Assembly: GCA_963707865.1 (NCBI GenBank)
Contig: OY970175.1
Span: 556,011 to 620,010 of the forward strand
Origin: an uncultured bacterium
Lineage (GTDB): Bacteria; Patescibacteriota; Minisyncoccia; UBA6257; 2-01-FULL-56-20
Reading direction: 5' to 3'
DNA length: 64,000 nt
Every line of letters starts with the position of its first letter. The first letter of the stretch is position 1. The position numbers and the translations under genes are program-made. Below are positions 1-11,014 of the stretch, piece after piece. The notes beneath the pieces are model-generated. The model did not search any database and was not told where the DNA came from. It saw only the letters and a list, made by a program, of their open reading frames with translations.

Positions 1-1300
1 TCATGATCTCAAGATCGGGTATCGCCACACGGATCCGATCGCCTTTTTTATACACCTTTCCACCATGCACATAATTCGGTCCCGTATATTCATATTCATC
101 ACACACCTTGAATGACCTGATACCATCCAAAACGTCTAATTTCGTGAGAATCACATTCGGCCCGGTGAGCTTGACCGCCGAATAGCGGACAAGGGGAAGG
201 TCAAGCCATCCGGTGCGGCGTGCACGACCGGTGGTTGCGCCGTATTCATTCCCTTTTTGCCGAATCGCGATCCCCTGCACGAATTCGTCCGGATCGTTTA
301 TGGAAGCGTTTGGATAATTTTCCGCCTCCGTCCTTCGGCTCGCACGCCTTACATGCTCGGCAGATCGTCCACCCCCGAGCTCAGTTGGAAACGGCCCTTC
401 GCCGACGCGCGTCATGTAGAAGGCCTTAACAATACCAAAAGTAAGATCAACGTTCTGCTCGCGGAGCCCTACGCCCTTCGCAAGCCCCTGGATGGAGCAA
501 TCCGACGACGTGACATACGGATACGTTCCGTAATCAACGGAGAGCATGTTGCCCTGTGCGCCTTCAAGAAGAATTTTCTTTTTGTGAAGGAGTTCGCGCA
601 GCATCGCATCGGTATCTGCGATGAACGGGCGCAACGCTTTCCCATATTGCAGATAGCGCTTTGCGATGCGCTCGGTGTTAAAAATATTTTTCGGATGATA
701 AAACTCGCCGCGGCGCAAAATATCCTGATACATGATCTCGCGGACGACGCGCGGATCGTACGTCTTGATCAATCGGATTTTCTCCTCCAAATTCCTACGC
801 AATTTTTTCCTGAATACTTTTGGGTTCAGAAGATCGTTCACTATGAGCCCCAAGCGTGCGACGTGGTCGGTATACGCCGGCCCCATGCCGCGGCCCGTCG
901 TACCTATCTTTCCGGTTCCTCCCGATGCTTCTCGGACGCGGTCCAAAACAACATGCTGCGGCAGCACAAGCCGCGCGTTCAGAGCGATGCGCAACCGCTC
1001 CGGAGAAAGACCCGCCTTCGTAAACATCGCAATTTCGTCTAAAATCGTCCCGGGCTCCACGGCGACGCCCGAGCCAATTATATTGAGCTTCTTATGTAGC
1101 ATCCCCGACGGCAGAAGGTGGAATACAAATTCTTTTTTGCCCAATTTGACGGTGTGGCCCGCGTTCGCGCCACCCGTGCCGCGCGCGATGACGTCCGCCC
1201 AGTGCTCGGCGAAATAATCAACGAATTTCCCCTTTCCCGTGTCTCCCCACTGCGTGCAAACTATCCCCAGCGTCCGGACGCCCTTCAAAATATCACGCAT
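1..1300 (-). CDS. purA: adenylosuccinate synthetase; C-terminal end runs off the window start (partial)
   Basis: My translation of the minus strand from an ATG at about 1298-1300 gives [30 protein letters not shown] (the QWGDxGKGK P-loop of AdSS), and further in GATTGRARRTGWLD (the GTTGRxRRCGW motif). The start overlaps the guaB stop by 8 nt. This gene is not in the ORF track because it is truncated. Confidence 0.85.
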   Translation of the reverse strand, partial: MRDILKGVRTLGIVCTQWGDTGKGKFVDYFAEHWADVIARGTGGANAGHTVKLGKKEFVFHLLPSGMLHKKLNIIGSGVAVEPGTILDEIAMFTKAGLSPERLRIALNARLVLPQHVVLDRVREASGGTGKIGTTGRGMGPAYTDHVARLGLIVNDLLNPKVFRKKLRRNLEEKIRLIKTYDPRVVREIMYQDILRRGEFYHPKNIFNTERIAKRYLQYGKALRPFIADTDAMLRELLHKKKILLEGAQGNMLSVDYGTYPYVTSSDCSIQGLAKGVGLREQNVDLTFGIVKAFYMTRVGEGPFPTELGGGRSAEHVRRASRRTEAENYPNASINDPDEFVQGIAIRQKGNEYGATTGRARRTGWLDLPLVRYSAVKLTGPNVILTKLDVLDGIRSFKVCDEYEYTGPNYVHGGKVYKKGDRIRVAIPDLEIM

Positions 1301-2792
1301 GGTCTCTCCGATAGTTGGGCGCGTCGCGTACAATGCGTACTCCGTGGGGATGGGATTCTCTGATGCCGACGGCGCTGATACGGATGAACTCTGCCTTACT
1401 CCGCAGCTCTTCAATCGTCCGCGCGCCGACGTATCCCATCCCTTTTTGCAAACCGCCGACATACTGGTGCATCACGCTTTCCAATTCACCGATGTACGGC
1501 ACCACTCCTTCCACCCCCTCCGGCACGAACCGGTCTTTCGCCGTATTCGCCTCGCGATACCGCTCGCGTGAACTACGGCTCTCTTCCATCGCGGAAAGCG
1601 ACCCCATGCCGCGGTATCGCTTCATCGGCGTTTCAAAACGGAAATCGACTTCTCCCGGCGCTTCTTTGGTGCCCGCAAGCAGTTTGCCGAGCATCACCGA
1701 ATGTGCTCCCGCGCCGATCGCGATCGGGATGTCGCCGGAATTCTCAATACCGCCGTCCGCGCAGATCGGCACGTCCGTTTTTTCAAGTGCTTTTGCCACT
1801 TCATAGGTCGCCGTGACTTGCGGACAACCAATCCCCGCCACGATCCGCGTTGTACATATAGAACCTGGGCCCTGGCCCACCTTCACTCCGTCAGCCCCCG
1901 CCGCGACGAGCCGCTTCGCCGATTCGCCCCGTGAAATATTGCCCGCCACGACATCAACGCGATACGCTTTCTTGAGCGCCTTAATCGTCTGGATAACGTC
2001 TTTTGAGTCACCGTGCGCGGTGTCAATGACCAAAACGTCCACAAATCCCTTAAGCGCTTCCGCCCGCTCCATCGCATCGTCATTCACGCCAATCGCCGCG
2101 CCGACGCGAAGCCGCCCATGGCTGTCAACGTTATATTTTCCCGATCGGCCGGATTTGATCCGCTTGAGATCAGAAAAGAGATACATACCGACAAGATTGC
2201 CCCTGTTCACAAGCGGAAGAACTTTTTTCTTCGCCTTGAGCATGACCTCATATGCCTTATCAATCGACGTGCCCTTGGGCGCCGTCACAAGGTCGCGCGT
2301 CATGACATCCTTCACCTTCTGCGATCCGTCGCCCGAAAAATCAAAATCGTTCTCGGTGATAAGGCCCGCGAGCTTGCCGCGCGCGTCCATGACGGGGAAA
2401 CTGTAGAAGGAAAACCCCTTCTCCCTGCGCATCGCTTCCACTTCCTGGAACGTCATGTCCTCGCGGATCGTTATCGGCGTCTCTATGAGGCCCGACAGGT
2501 GGAACTTCACGCGGCGGACCTCTTCGCTCTGCTCCTTGGGTGTAAACCCTCTGTGGATTACGCCCAAGCCGCCGAGCTTCGCCATCGCGATCGCCATCCG
2601 GCTCTCCGTCACCGTGTCCATCGCCGCGCTTGTGATCGGAATTTTGAGCGGCACGTTGCGCGAGAACCGGCTCGTGAGCACCGTGGCGCTCGGCATCACA
2701 TCGGAGTAGTCCGTCTTCAACCGCACTTCGTCGTAGGTCACCGCAAGACCGAGTCCGGCGAGCTGCTTAAAAAATGTATCACACTTCCGCAT
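1293..2792 (-). CDS. guaB: IMP dehydrogenase with an internal CBS pair
   Basis: 499 aa. Contains the catalytic loop GIGCPQ...GGIENSGD, the motif [12 protein letters not shown], and a CBS insert ([10 protein letters not shown]...[12 protein letters not shown]). Confidence 0.9.
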   Translation of the reverse strand: MRKCDTFFKQLAGLGLAVTYDEVRLKTDYSDVMPSATVLTSRFSRNVPLKIPITSAAMDTVTESRMAIAMAKLGGLGVIHRGFTPKEQSEEVRRVKFHLSGLIETPITIREDMTFQEVEAMRREKGFSFYSFPVMDARGKLAGLITENDFDFSGDGSQKVKDVMTRDLVTAPKGTSIDKAYEVMLKAKKKVLPLVNRGNLVGMYLFSDLKRIKSGRSGKYNVDSHGRLRVGAAIGVNDDAMERAEALKGFVDVLVIDTAHGDSKDVIQTIKALKKAYRVDVVAGNISRGESAKRLVAAGADGVKVGQGPGSICTTRIVAGIGCPQVTATYEVAKALEKTDVPICADGGIENSGDIPIAIGAGAHSVMLGKLLAGTKEAPGEVDFRFETPMKRYRGMGSLSAMEESRSSRERYREANTAKDRFVPEGVEGVVPYIGELESVMHQYVGGLQKGMGYVGARTIEELRSKAEFIRISAVGIRESHPHGVRIVRDAPNYRRDHA

Positions 2793-2985
2793 ATATGCAG
2801 TTCATTATATTGAGTTTTCCAAATATTTGCAAAAGCAAACACCCGTCCCAAAATGGCGAAAGGCAGGTCGCTATTTGCAACCTGCCCATCATATTCGCCG
2901 ATGGCATAGCATCCCAGATGATTCGTCTTGTCCATCATCATCTGTAAGCGCCTGCCCAAGGCCTCGGCGTGGGGCCTGTACTGAA

Positions 2986-3435
2986 TTAACTTGCAACAGT
3001 AAGCTCGAGGATACCGAGGAGCTCCCGCGCGAGATCAATAGCCGAGCGCCATTCATCCGTGGTGCCCGTAAGATAGTGCTCGCGGACAGGGTGCTTCTTC
3101 TCGGAAGCACGACTCACCTCAAGTATGACCATCGAACCAGTGCGAAACACCAAGACAAACTTGACTTCCTCCTTGTGCACAAGGAGGTGCCTCGCCACAT
3201 CGAACATCTCGACCGAAAATTCAGTGTCCGGAGCTTCCAAAATGACCGCCCGGCAGCTGTCTGGGATACACCGCGCGACCTCGTAAAATTCCGGTTCCCA
3301 CTCCGGCCCCCAGCTACCAACGGGCGGAAAGTAGAAACGGGTTGGATTCTTGAGCGTGAGAACTGAGATATCTCCCATGCCAAGAATCCTTTCTTCTTCT
3401 CCTCTGCACGTTACCGCAGTAATCTCTCTCGACAT
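2986..3435 (-). CDS. hypothetical protein (149 aa) embedded between guaB and purM
   Basis: ORF in the same orientation and spacing as the pur operon. I recognise no family motif. Its reality rests on its operon context. Confidence 0.4.
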   Translation of the reverse strand: MSREITAVTCRGEEERILGMGDISVLTLKNPTRFYFPPVGSWGPEWEPEFYEVARCIPDSCRAVILEAPDTEFSVEMFDVARHLLVHKEEVKFVLVFRTGSMVILEVSRASEKKHPVREHYLTGTTDEWRSAIDLARELLGILELTVAS

Positions 3436-3501
3436 ATTTTGGGCTACCTCCAGAGCCGCCTATGTTATAACCTCTCCTGCCGTTTATAGCAAGGGTTTTG
3501 C

Positions 3502-4620
3502 CTATCCGGCGCCCGGCGGCGGTAGGGTGATATTTTCGGGTTCAAAAATGACTTCTCGGTTGCCTTCTTCCACGACGCCGAGGTCAAAAAGTTCGTAGCC
3601 GACTTTCTTGCCAAGGGAAACAGTCCGGTCAACTTCTTCCTTCGGCACAAAAAGATAATAGCCGACGCCCCAGTTGAAGGTCTTGAGGCAGTCGCGGAGG
3701 GAAACGCCGAGTCCGCGCATAAATTGAAAAAGCGGCGGCACGGCGGGCCAGTTTTGGATGCGATAGGTAAATGGCCTTTTATCAAACGCGAGCTTGCCGA
3801 TGCCGTCGCCCGTGCCAGGCAGGATCGCCGCGATTCGCACGCCGGCACTTTGGAGCGCCTCCACGAGTGCGACGTATGAGCGGGTTGGAATCAGAGCTTC
3901 TTCGCCGAGCGTGGTACCGTTCGGAAGCTTCGTGAGAAATTTGTCGGGAAGTTCCATCGCGCGCTTGATGACGAGCGAGATACCGTTCGCGTGCAAGCCG
4001 GAGGACACGGCGCCGACAATATGACATCCCGGCGCGAGCTCTTTTCCAGTGATGAGATTTGTATTTGGCGCGATGATGCCCGTCGCGCAACCCGATAGCG
4101 AAGGTGCGGCAAGGACCGGCGGCTCGGATCTCAAGAGATACTTGAGCGCGGGCGATTCCCCTGCAGGCAGGGCCATCCCGACCTCTTTGCAAATCTTGAA
4201 AAACCCTTCGGCCAAGTCGCGGCTGCGCTTCTCGTCCGAGAACCACGCCGCGTCGCCCACCGCAACCTCGTCGGTAAAAATGACGGGCATCGCGCCCTGT
4301 GCAATGAGATCGTTCACCGCCATGAGCGCCGCATCAGTGCCGATCGTTTCATAGTAGGTCCTGCCGGTACCGGCGTTCTGGTACATCCATTCCGCAATCC
4401 AATTCTTGTTGCCGAGCCCTTCCTGCGTTTTGCACCAGAGGTGCGGCTGGCCGCCACGATATTCAAACACCGCGCCGTGCGCGTGGAGCACATCGTCATT
4501 CACGTAAACGCCGCGACGGTTCGGGAAAGAAAGCGTCCGCTTCCCCATCGCGATCATCGCCTGCTTGAAGGGCTCCAATTGCGTGTAATCCACGCCTGCT
4601 TTTGCGTATTCACTTTTCAT
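3502..4620 (-). CDS. purM: phosphoribosylformylglycinamidine cyclo-ligase (AIR synthase), long form
   Basis: N-terminus YAKAGVDY and the MAVNDLIAQGA block match the PurM signatures (YKDAGVDID, MCVNDLVVQGA). The stop overlaps the purB start region by 4 nt. Confidence 0.7.
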   Translation of the reverse strand: MKSEYAKAGVDYTQLEPFKQAMIAMGKRTLSFPNRRGVYVNDDVLHAHGAVFEYRGGQPHLWCKTQEGLGNKNWIAEWMYQNAGTGRTYYETIGTDAALMAVNDLIAQGAMPVIFTDEVAVGDAAWFSDEKRSRDLAEGFFKICKEVGMALPAGESPALKYLLRSEPPVLAAPSLSGCATGIIAPNTNLITGKELAPGCHIVGAVSSGLHANGISLVIKRAMELPDKFLTKLPNGTTLGEEALIPTRSYVALVEALQSAGVRIAAILPGTGDGIGKLAFDKRPFTYRIQNWPAVPPLFQFMRGLGVSLRDCLKTFNWGVGYYLFVPKEEVDRTVSLGKKVGYELFDLGVVEEGNREVIFEPENITLPPPGAG

Positions 4621-6029
4621 TCCCGCGCAAGCTTCTTCGCAATGCCAAGATAATTCTTCGGGGTGAAGCTTTTGAGTTCCTTTTTTAATTTGTCCGATAT
4701 CTTAAGGGAGTCCACGAAGGTGCGAATGTCGTCCAGAGTCACTTGTCGCCCGCGCGTAAGCTCCTTCAATTTTTCGTATGGCATGGGAACGCCCTCCCGG
4801 CGCAGAACGGTCTGGATCGCTTCGGAAATAATTTCAGGGTGTTCCATAAGCGCCTCTACAACTTTCGCTTCGTGTACCGAGATTCGTCCGAGGCCGTTCA
4901 GCAGATACGAGTAACCGATCGCACAATGCGCGAGCGCGACGCCGAAGTTCCGCAGGACGGTGGAGTCAGAGAGGTCGCGCTGCAGGCGCGATATGGGAAG
5001 TTTTGCAGAAAAATGAGCGAGGAGCGCGTTCGCAATCCCCAAATTGCCCTCGCTGTTCTCAAATTTTATCGGGTTCACTTTGTGCGGCATCGTGGAAGAA
5101 CCAACCTCGCCTTCTTTTGTTTTCTGCACGATCCACCCGTCGCTTATGTAGCGCCACACATCCTGGTCAAAATTGATGAGGATCGTATTGATGCGGCGAA
5201 GGGTATCAAAAAGCTCGGCATAGGTGTCGTACGGCTCTATCTGCGTCGTTACAAAACTCGGCTCAAGCGCCACGGCACCGCGACCGGAATGCAGCTGGTT
5301 CAAGCGAGCGATAAATCTTTTCGTGAACGCCATCCAATCAACTTTCGGGTACGCCGCCACATGTGCGTTGTAATTGCCGCTCGCGCCGTTCAGTTTTGCG
5401 AACACACGGGACGCGTTCAGCTGTTTCACTTGCCACGCAAGGCGTGTCCGGAATACGTTCATCTCTTTGCCGAAGGTTGTGGGTATCGCGGGCTGCCCGT
5501 GGGTCCGCGCAAGCATCGGCAAGGCCGCGTACCGTCTTGCGGATCGTTCCAATTCCGCAGCAATCTTCTCAAGTAACGGTGCAAGTACTTCGCGAATGGC
5601 GTCGCCGAGCATCAAGCTGTTTGCAAGGTTGTTCACATCCCAGGTAGTGAGCGCAAAATGCAGCCACCCCAGGGAATCCTTGAGCGAAGTCCTCTTAAGC
5701 TTCTCGCGCATAAAATATTCCACCGCCTTCACGTCATGGTCGGTCGCCTTGATGCCGCGATATCCCACACGCTCAATGTCGCTGATTATTTTTGCGTCCC
5801 TGAGTGACAGCTTGTAAAGGTTGCGGATAAGCCCTTTCTCGCGTTTGGAAAATTTACGGAGACCAACGCCGCGCGTCTCCGAGAGTGCGATAAGATATTC
5901 GCCTTCCACGACGAGCCGGTAGCGCATGAGTCCGGACTCGCTGAAAATCTTTGCAAGGCCTTCTCCATAGCTCCGATATCGCCCGTCCACGGGGCTTATC
6001 GCTGCAAGCTGATCTATGCGCGTATCCAT
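4617..6029 (-). CDS. purB: adenylosuccinate lyase
   Basis: Contains LARTHGQPAIPTTFGKE and GSSTMPHKVNP (the fumarate-lyase signature). The likely true start is the internal Met MDTRIDQLAAISPVDGRY (E. coli MELSSLTAVSPVDGRY) at 6029. The ORF track begins 20 codons earlier. Confidence 0.9.
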   Translation of the reverse strand: MDTRIDQLAAISPVDGRYRSYGEGLAKIFSESGLMRYRLVVEGEYLIALSETRGVGLRKFSKREKGLIRNLYKLSLRDAKIISDIERVGYRGIKATDHDVKAVEYFMREKLKRTSLKDSLGWLHFALTTWDVNNLANSLMLGDAIREVLAPLLEKIAAELERSARRYAALPMLARTHGQPAIPTTFGKEMNVFRTRLAWQVKQLNASRVFAKLNGASGNYNAHVAAYPKVDWMAFTKRFIARLNQLHSGRGAVALEPSFVTTQIEPYDTYAELFDTLRRINTILINFDQDVWRYISDGWIVQKTKEGEVGSSTMPHKVNPIKFENSEGNLGIANALLAHFSAKLPISRLQRDLSDSTVLRNFGVALAHCAIGYSYLLNGLGRISVHEAKVVEALMEHPEIISEAIQTVLRREGVPMPYEKLKELTRGRQVTLDDIRTFVDSLKISDKLKKELKSFTPKNYLGIAKKLARE

Positions 6030-6042
6030 GTTGTTCGGGTTA

Positions 6043-7320
6043 TTACAAAGCTTTTGCGCCGATATCCTTTCTATAATACATCTTTTCAAATTTTATTTTT
6101 CCCACCCCCGCGTACGCCCTGCGGAGCGCCTCCGCGAGTGTCGGTCCCGTTGCACTTACGCCGAGTACTCTCCCGCCTGACGTGACGAGTGCGCCATCCG
6201 CGAGCTTGGTTCCGGCATGAAACACCACAACGCCTTCTATTTTCTCCGCTTCGGGAATGCCCGCGACCGGAAATCCTTTTTCGTACGCGCCGGGATACCC
6301 GCCCGATGCCATCACAACGCACACCGCATAGCCCGAACTCCACTCTATAAAAATCTCTTTCAATCTCCCGGAAGCGCACGCATAAAAAATATCCAGAAGG
6401 TCGGCCTTCAAGAGTCGCATGAGTGATTGCGTCTCGGGATCGCCAAAGCGCGCGTTGAACTCAAGCACTTTAGGCCCTTCGGGAGTGATCTTCAACCCGG
6501 GATACAAACACCCCGAAAAGGTGCACCCTTTTTTCTTCATGGCGCGGAGCGTGGGATCAAGGATCGTCTGCGCGATCTGGTTTTGAAGCTCGTCGGTCAC
6601 CCATGGCACAGGAGCGATCGTCCCCATGCCGCCGGTGTTCGACCCCGTGTCGCCCTCGCCCACCGGTTTGTGGTCCTGCGCGGTGGGCATCATCGCGCGC
6701 GAGATTCCGTCGGAGAATGCGTGAACGGAAATTTCCTGCCCTTCCAAAAATTCCTCTATTACCACTTCGTTCCCCGCATCTCCGAACGTGCGGTCAACCA
6801 TAATGCTTTTAAGCGCGGCCTTCGCTTCCTCCATTGTATTACAAACCATCGCTCCCTTCCCAAGTGCAAGCCCGCTCGCCTTCACAACGATCGGCACGGA
6901 TTGCGATGCAAGGTATCGCGATGCTTCGTCGTAATCCGTGAATACCTGGAACGCCGCCGTAGGAATATATTCTTCCTGCATGAGCTGCTTTGCGAACGCT
7001 TTTGAGGCCTCTATTTGCGCCGCCGCCTTCGTCGGGCCAAATACCAAAAACTTTTCTTTTTGAAATTGATCCACAATGCCGAGCGCGAGAGGATCGTCAG
7101 GGCCCACAACCACAAGATCAATGGACGATTTTTTTGCGAACGCGATAAGCGCCGGAATGTCGTCCGCTTTTATAGGAATGTTTTCGGCGAGCGACCCAAG
7201 CGAAGCAGTACCACCGTTCCCGGGCGCAATGAAAAGCTTCCCGAGCCGCGGCGACTGCGCAAGCTTCCACGCGAGCGCGTGTTCCCGCCCGCCGCTCCCT
7301 ATCAAAAGCACATTCATCAT
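6043..7320 (-). CDS. purD: phosphoribosylamine-glycine ligase
   Basis: Begins MNVLLIGSGGREHALAWKL. It has an ATP-grasp core and a C-terminal GGRVLGVSA block. Confidence 0.9.
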   Translation of the reverse strand: MMNVLLIGSGGREHALAWKLAQSPRLGKLFIAPGNGGTASLGSLAENIPIKADDIPALIAFAKKSSIDLVVVGPDDPLALGIVDQFQKEKFLVFGPTKAAAQIEASKAFAKQLMQEEYIPTAAFQVFTDYDEASRYLASQSVPIVVKASGLALGKGAMVCNTMEEAKAALKSIMVDRTFGDAGNEVVIEEFLEGQEISVHAFSDGISRAMMPTAQDHKPVGEGDTGSNTGGMGTIAPVPWVTDELQNQIAQTILDPTLRAMKKKGCTFSGCLYPGLKITPEGPKVLEFNARFGDPETQSLMRLLKADLLDIFYACASGRLKEIFIEWSSGYAVCVVMASGGYPGAYEKGFPVAGIPEAEKIEGVVVFHAGTKLADGALVTSGGRVLGVSATGPTLAEALRRAYAGVGKIKFEKMYYRKDIGAKAL

Positions 7321-8060
7321 CCCTGCGGAAAAAGAAGTATGGCGGCCTTTTTCGCTTCGTTAAGCATAGTTTCTTCTCCTTTGCGGACAAGCGGCGTTTC
7401 GCGCACGAGCTCCTGCACGCGATCGTTCATAAAATCCTCTAGGGTTGCGATCTGCGTTTCGTGCTCCAAGGGGAGCAGCCGCGCCGCGAGCGACTTCGGA
7501 TCATCATCCGGCAGGATTGCGAGCCGCGTGCGCGCGAGGACCGCGCCTTCGTCAAACTGCACCGCCACGCGCTGCGCCGTTGCCTCCGTCCAGAAATCGC
7601 GGTTTACGCTCCGCACAAATAAGAGCCGCGCCGCGTGGACACGCAGGCCGAACATCCCCTTGCCCCCGAAATCGGGGCGGCCGGGATCAAGCGGCCCCGG
7701 GTGCTGGTTGATCATGGCATTGCGAAATGCGGCAATCACGTTGCCGGGCGTTTTGATCATCCATCCGTACTGGCCGACGATATCAACGGCTTGCTCCTTG
7801 AGGACTTTCAAAATCGCGCTTCCGAACTCTTCTTCGTTTGCGAATTTCTTCGGCTCAATAACAAAAATGTCCTCGCGCAACATTCCCAACCGCTCCATTT
7901 TTTTAATCGCCCCGGCATCGGATCTGCTTGCGACAAGGCACGCGGGAATTATTCCCGAAAGCCGCCCGGCGTGGCACGCCGTGACGATTGCTTCCGCGGT
8001 CGTGCCGCCCCCCGAAGCAAGTATGGCCAAACGAAACGTTTTCATGCCTTTCATGCCCAA
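7317..8060 (-). CDS. purN: phosphoribosylglycinamide formyltransferase (divergent PurN-like)
   Basis: Contains LAILASGGGT (Rossmann loop as in PurN LISGNGSNL) and INQHPGPL (compare LNIHPSLLP). It overlaps purD and purF by 4 and 10 nt. Confidence 0.6.
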   Translation of the reverse strand: MGMKGMKTFRLAILASGGGTTAEAIVTACHAGRLSGIIPACLVASRSDAGAIKKMERLGMLREDIFVIEPKKFANEEEFGSAILKVLKEQAVDIVGQYGWMIKTPGNVIAAFRNAMINQHPGPLDPGRPDFGGKGMFGLRVHAARLLFVRSVNRDFWTEATAQRVAVQFDEGAVLARTRLAILPDDDPKSLAARLLPLEHETQIATLEDFMNDRVQELVRETPLVRKGEETMLNEAKKAAILLFPQG

Positions 8061-9457
8061 GTTTCCTGCAGAGCCGGTATACCGACTTCCGCCTTCCGTT
8101 CACGGATGTCCAGGGGATATTTTCCGGTGAAACAGGACGTGCACAGTTTGTCTTCGGGAACACCGATCCCTCTGAGAATCCCCTGATACGAAAGATAGTG
8201 GAGAGAGGTCGCGCCCAGAAATTCCCTTATCTCGGGAATGGTCTTTTGGAAGGCGAGGAGGCGCGCTTGCCTAGGCGTGTCAATACCGTAAAAATCGGGA
8301 AAGCGCACGGGCGGAGAGTTCACTAAGAAATGCACTTCTTTCGCGCCCGCTTCAAAGAGGATCTTTACGATCTGCGGGCTCGTGTTGCCACGCACGATGG
8401 AATCGTCTATTACGATGACGCGCTTGCCACCCACGATATCGGGGATGGCCGCAAGCTTCGTTTTCACCCCCTGCTTGCGCATCCGGTCGTCCGGATCAAT
8501 GAATGTGCGGTACACATAGCGATTTTTGACGAGTGCGAGTTCCAAAGGGATCCCCGACTCTTCTGAGTAACCGACGGCGGCGGGCAGGCCGGTTTCGGGG
8601 ATGGGGATCACCATGTCGGCATCAATTTTCCGCTCCCGTGCAAGTTCAATGCCGCACCGCTTGCGTGCGGCGTACACCGAGGTCCCCAAAAGCACGCTGC
8701 TTGAGCGCGCGAAATAGACGAATTCAAAGATGTCCAGCTTTTGATCGGGCGGCACAAGTTGAACTGACCTCATGCCTTTCTCGTCCACCACGATCATCTC
8801 ACCGGGAAGGACGTCGCGCATGAAAGTCGCTCCGACCGTAGGAAAGCTGCACGTCTCGGAAGAGAACGTAAACCCACCGTTCAACTGCCCCATAGAGAAC
8901 GGCTTGAGGCCATAGGGATCGCGCACGGCAACGAGCGTCGTCTTGTCCATAATGAGAAGCGAGAACGAGCCGGTGAAAAGTGGGTAGGCCTTCCGCACCG
9001 CGTCCTCAAGCGGAAGACCCTGCTTCGTGAAATGTTCGATGGCGAGTGTCATCATGTAGGAATCCGAGCGGCCTGTCACGTCCACCCCTTCTTTTTTCAA
9101 AAATTCCTCAAGTACCTTCACGCTTGGCAGGTTGCCGTTGTGCGCAAGCGCGATATGCCCATCCCCCGTCATGATCGGCTGTGCGTGCCGAATGCCGGTT
9201 CCCGATGAAGTGGAGTATCGGTTCTGGCCGATCGCAATGTGCCCTTTCAAACTATCAATTTTTGCTTCGTCAAAAACCTGCGTGATAAGACCGTTGCCTT
9301 TTTGGCATTCAAGGCGTGTGCCGTCGGCGGTCGCCATTCCTGCACTCTCCTGCCCGCGGTGCTGGATGGCAAGAACGCCGAAGAACGTGATCCGCGCCAC
9401 ATCCATGCCTTTTCCGTAAATGCCAAAGACGCCGCACTTCTCATTGAGTTCGTGCAT
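8051..9457 (-). CDS. purF: amidophosphoribosyltransferase
   Basis: N-terminal CGVFGIYG (Ntn nucleophile Cys) and a type-I PRTase domain (VIVIDDSIVRGNT). Confidence 0.9.
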   Translation of the reverse strand: MHELNEKCGVFGIYGKGMDVARITFFGVLAIQHRGQESAGMATADGTRLECQKGNGLITQVFDEAKIDSLKGHIAIGQNRYSTSSGTGIRHAQPIMTGDGHIALAHNGNLPSVKVLEEFLKKEGVDVTGRSDSYMMTLAIEHFTKQGLPLEDAVRKAYPLFTGSFSLLIMDKTTLVAVRDPYGLKPFSMGQLNGGFTFSSETCSFPTVGATFMRDVLPGEMIVVDEKGMRSVQLVPPDQKLDIFEFVYFARSSSVLLGTSVYAARKRCGIELARERKIDADMVIPIPETGLPAAVGYSEESGIPLELALVKNRYVYRTFIDPDDRMRKQGVKTKLAAIPDIVGGKRVIVIDDSIVRGNTSPQIVKILFEAGAKEVHFLVNSPPVRFPDFYGIDTPRQARLLAFQKTIPEIREFLGATSLHYLSYQGILRGIGVPEDKLCTSCFTGKYPLDIRERKAEVGIPALQETWA

Positions 9458-9469
9458 GTTGTTCGTACG

Positions 9470-10444
9470 TTACGGTTTATGCAGGACAAACGCCTCTAAA
9501 TTTTTTCTTATGCGATCCAACGCCGGCATCGTGAAGTCCGGCGCGAACGTCCGTCCCGTGATCTGTTCAAAAATCTTCACGTACCGGCTCGCGAGTTCCA
9601 CCACCATCTCGCGCGGCGCCTCGGGCAACACGGCGTCCTTATAAGGATCGCAATGTTCCTTGAACCAAAGCCGCAAAAACTCCTTGTCAAAATTTTCTGG
9701 CTCTTCGCCCTTTGCAATGCGCGCCTCGTAACTTGCCTGCTGCCAATAGCGGGAAGAATCAGGAGTATGTATCTCGTCAATAAGCATCACTTCTCCTTTT
9801 GGAGAAATGCCGAATTCATATTTCGTGTCCACAAGGATCAAACCGCGCTGTTTCGCCAGTTCCTCACCGCGCGCGAAAAGGCGCATCGCCAAATCTTCAA
9901 TTTGCTCCCATATTTCTTTCTTCACAAGCCCTTCGTTTATGATCTCATCCCGCGTGATCGGCCGATCGTGCGTATCTGATTTCGTAGCGGGCGTGAGAAT
10001 GGCGTGCGGCAGTTTTTGGTTCTTTTTCATCCCTTCGGGCAGGGTAAGGTCGCCAAACCGTCGTTCGCCTTTTTGATAAAGCGTCCAAATGGAGGTCCCA
10101 GTAACACCTGTAATGTAGGCGCGCGGGACAAGCTCTATTGGAATCACCTCGCACCTTTCCGTCACCATCACGTTCGAATCGGGAATCGCAATCACGTGGT
10201 TTTTCACGATATCCACGGTCTTTTCAAACCAAAACGTGCTTACTTGTGTAAGCACGTTTCCCTTGAACGGGATGAGGCACAGATTCCTGTCAAACGCGGA
10301 GTAGCGGTCGGTTGCGACAAGGATCAGCCGGTCAGGCTGCACGTACACATCACGCACTTTCCCCGAGCGGCGCTCGCCAAGGTCGCGGAAATCGGTCTTC
10401 TCAATAACATCCCCAATGTGCGCTTCTATGGTTGCCTTATCCAT
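9470..10444 (-). CDS. purC: SAICAR synthetase
   Basis: 324 aa. Contains GKVRDVY...[13 protein letters not shown], typical of the PurC family. Confidence 0.85.
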   Translation of the reverse strand: MDKATIEAHIGDVIEKTDFRDLGERRSGKVRDVYVQPDRLILVATDRYSAFDRNLCLIPFKGNVLTQVSTFWFEKTVDIVKNHVIAIPDSNVMVTERCEVIPIELVPRAYITGVTGTSIWTLYQKGERRFGDLTLPEGMKKNQKLPHAILTPATKSDTHDRPITRDEIINEGLVKKEIWEQIEDLAMRLFARGEELAKQRGLILVDTKYEFGISPKGEVMLIDEIHTPDSSRYWQQASYEARIAKGEEPENFDKEFLRLWFKEHCDPYKDAVLPEAPREMVVELASRYVKIFEQITGRTFAPDFTMPALDRIRKNLEAFVLHKP

Positions 10445-10931
10445 TGGTTTCCATTTTCTTTGCTTTTTCCATCACGCCGTCGCCAAGCTTCCGCTTGTAA
10501 TCCAAAATCTTTTTTTGGAGCGCCGCATCGCCCGCTCCCAAAATCTGCACGGCGAGGATGGCGGCGTTCTTCGCACCGTTGATCGCCACAGTCGCGACGG
10601 GAACTCCGGGCGGCATCTGGACGGTGGAATATAACGAATCAAGACCATTCAAGGTCTTGGATTGTATGGGAACTCCGATCACAGGAAGCGGCGTCATCGC
10701 GGCAGTCACTCCCGCAAGGTGCGCGGCGCCGCCGGCTCCCGCGATGATCACTTTCAGACCGCGGTCCACGGCGCTCTTTGCGTACTCATACGCCCGGTCC
10801 GGCGTGCGGTGCGCGGAGATAACCGTCATCTCATACGGCACGCCGAATTCCTTGAGCGCGTCCGCCGCCTCCTGCATCACGGGCAGATCGGAATCGGAAC
10901 CCATAATAATACCTACGAGGGGCTTAGGCAT
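10437..10931 (-). CDS. purE: N5-carboxyaminoimidazole ribonucleotide mutase (class I PurE)
   Basis: Contains [10 protein letters not shown]...SAHRTPD...[11 protein letters not shown]. The SAHRTP form indicates class I, which normally pairs with PurK. Confidence 0.85.
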   Translation of the reverse strand: MPKPLVGIIMGSDSDLPVMQEAADALKEFGVPYEMTVISAHRTPDRAYEYAKSAVDRGLKVIIAGAGGAAHLAGVTAAMTPLPVIGVPIQSKTLNGLDSLYSTVQMPPGVPVATVAINGAKNAAILAVQILGAGDAALQKKILDYKRKLGDGVMEKAKKMETNG

Positions 10932-11014
10932 TGTTCTCGGTCAATTATGCCCTTATTCTACCATACCCGTGGATTGCCACGCCAGCTGGCCGCTCCACCA
11001 CCGCATCGCTATAG

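Noticed and set aside
10437-10931. Considered PurE class II (AIR carboxylase), which would explain the absence of purK
   Set aside because: The active-site region reads SAHRTP, the class-I signature, so purK is probably encoded elsewhere.
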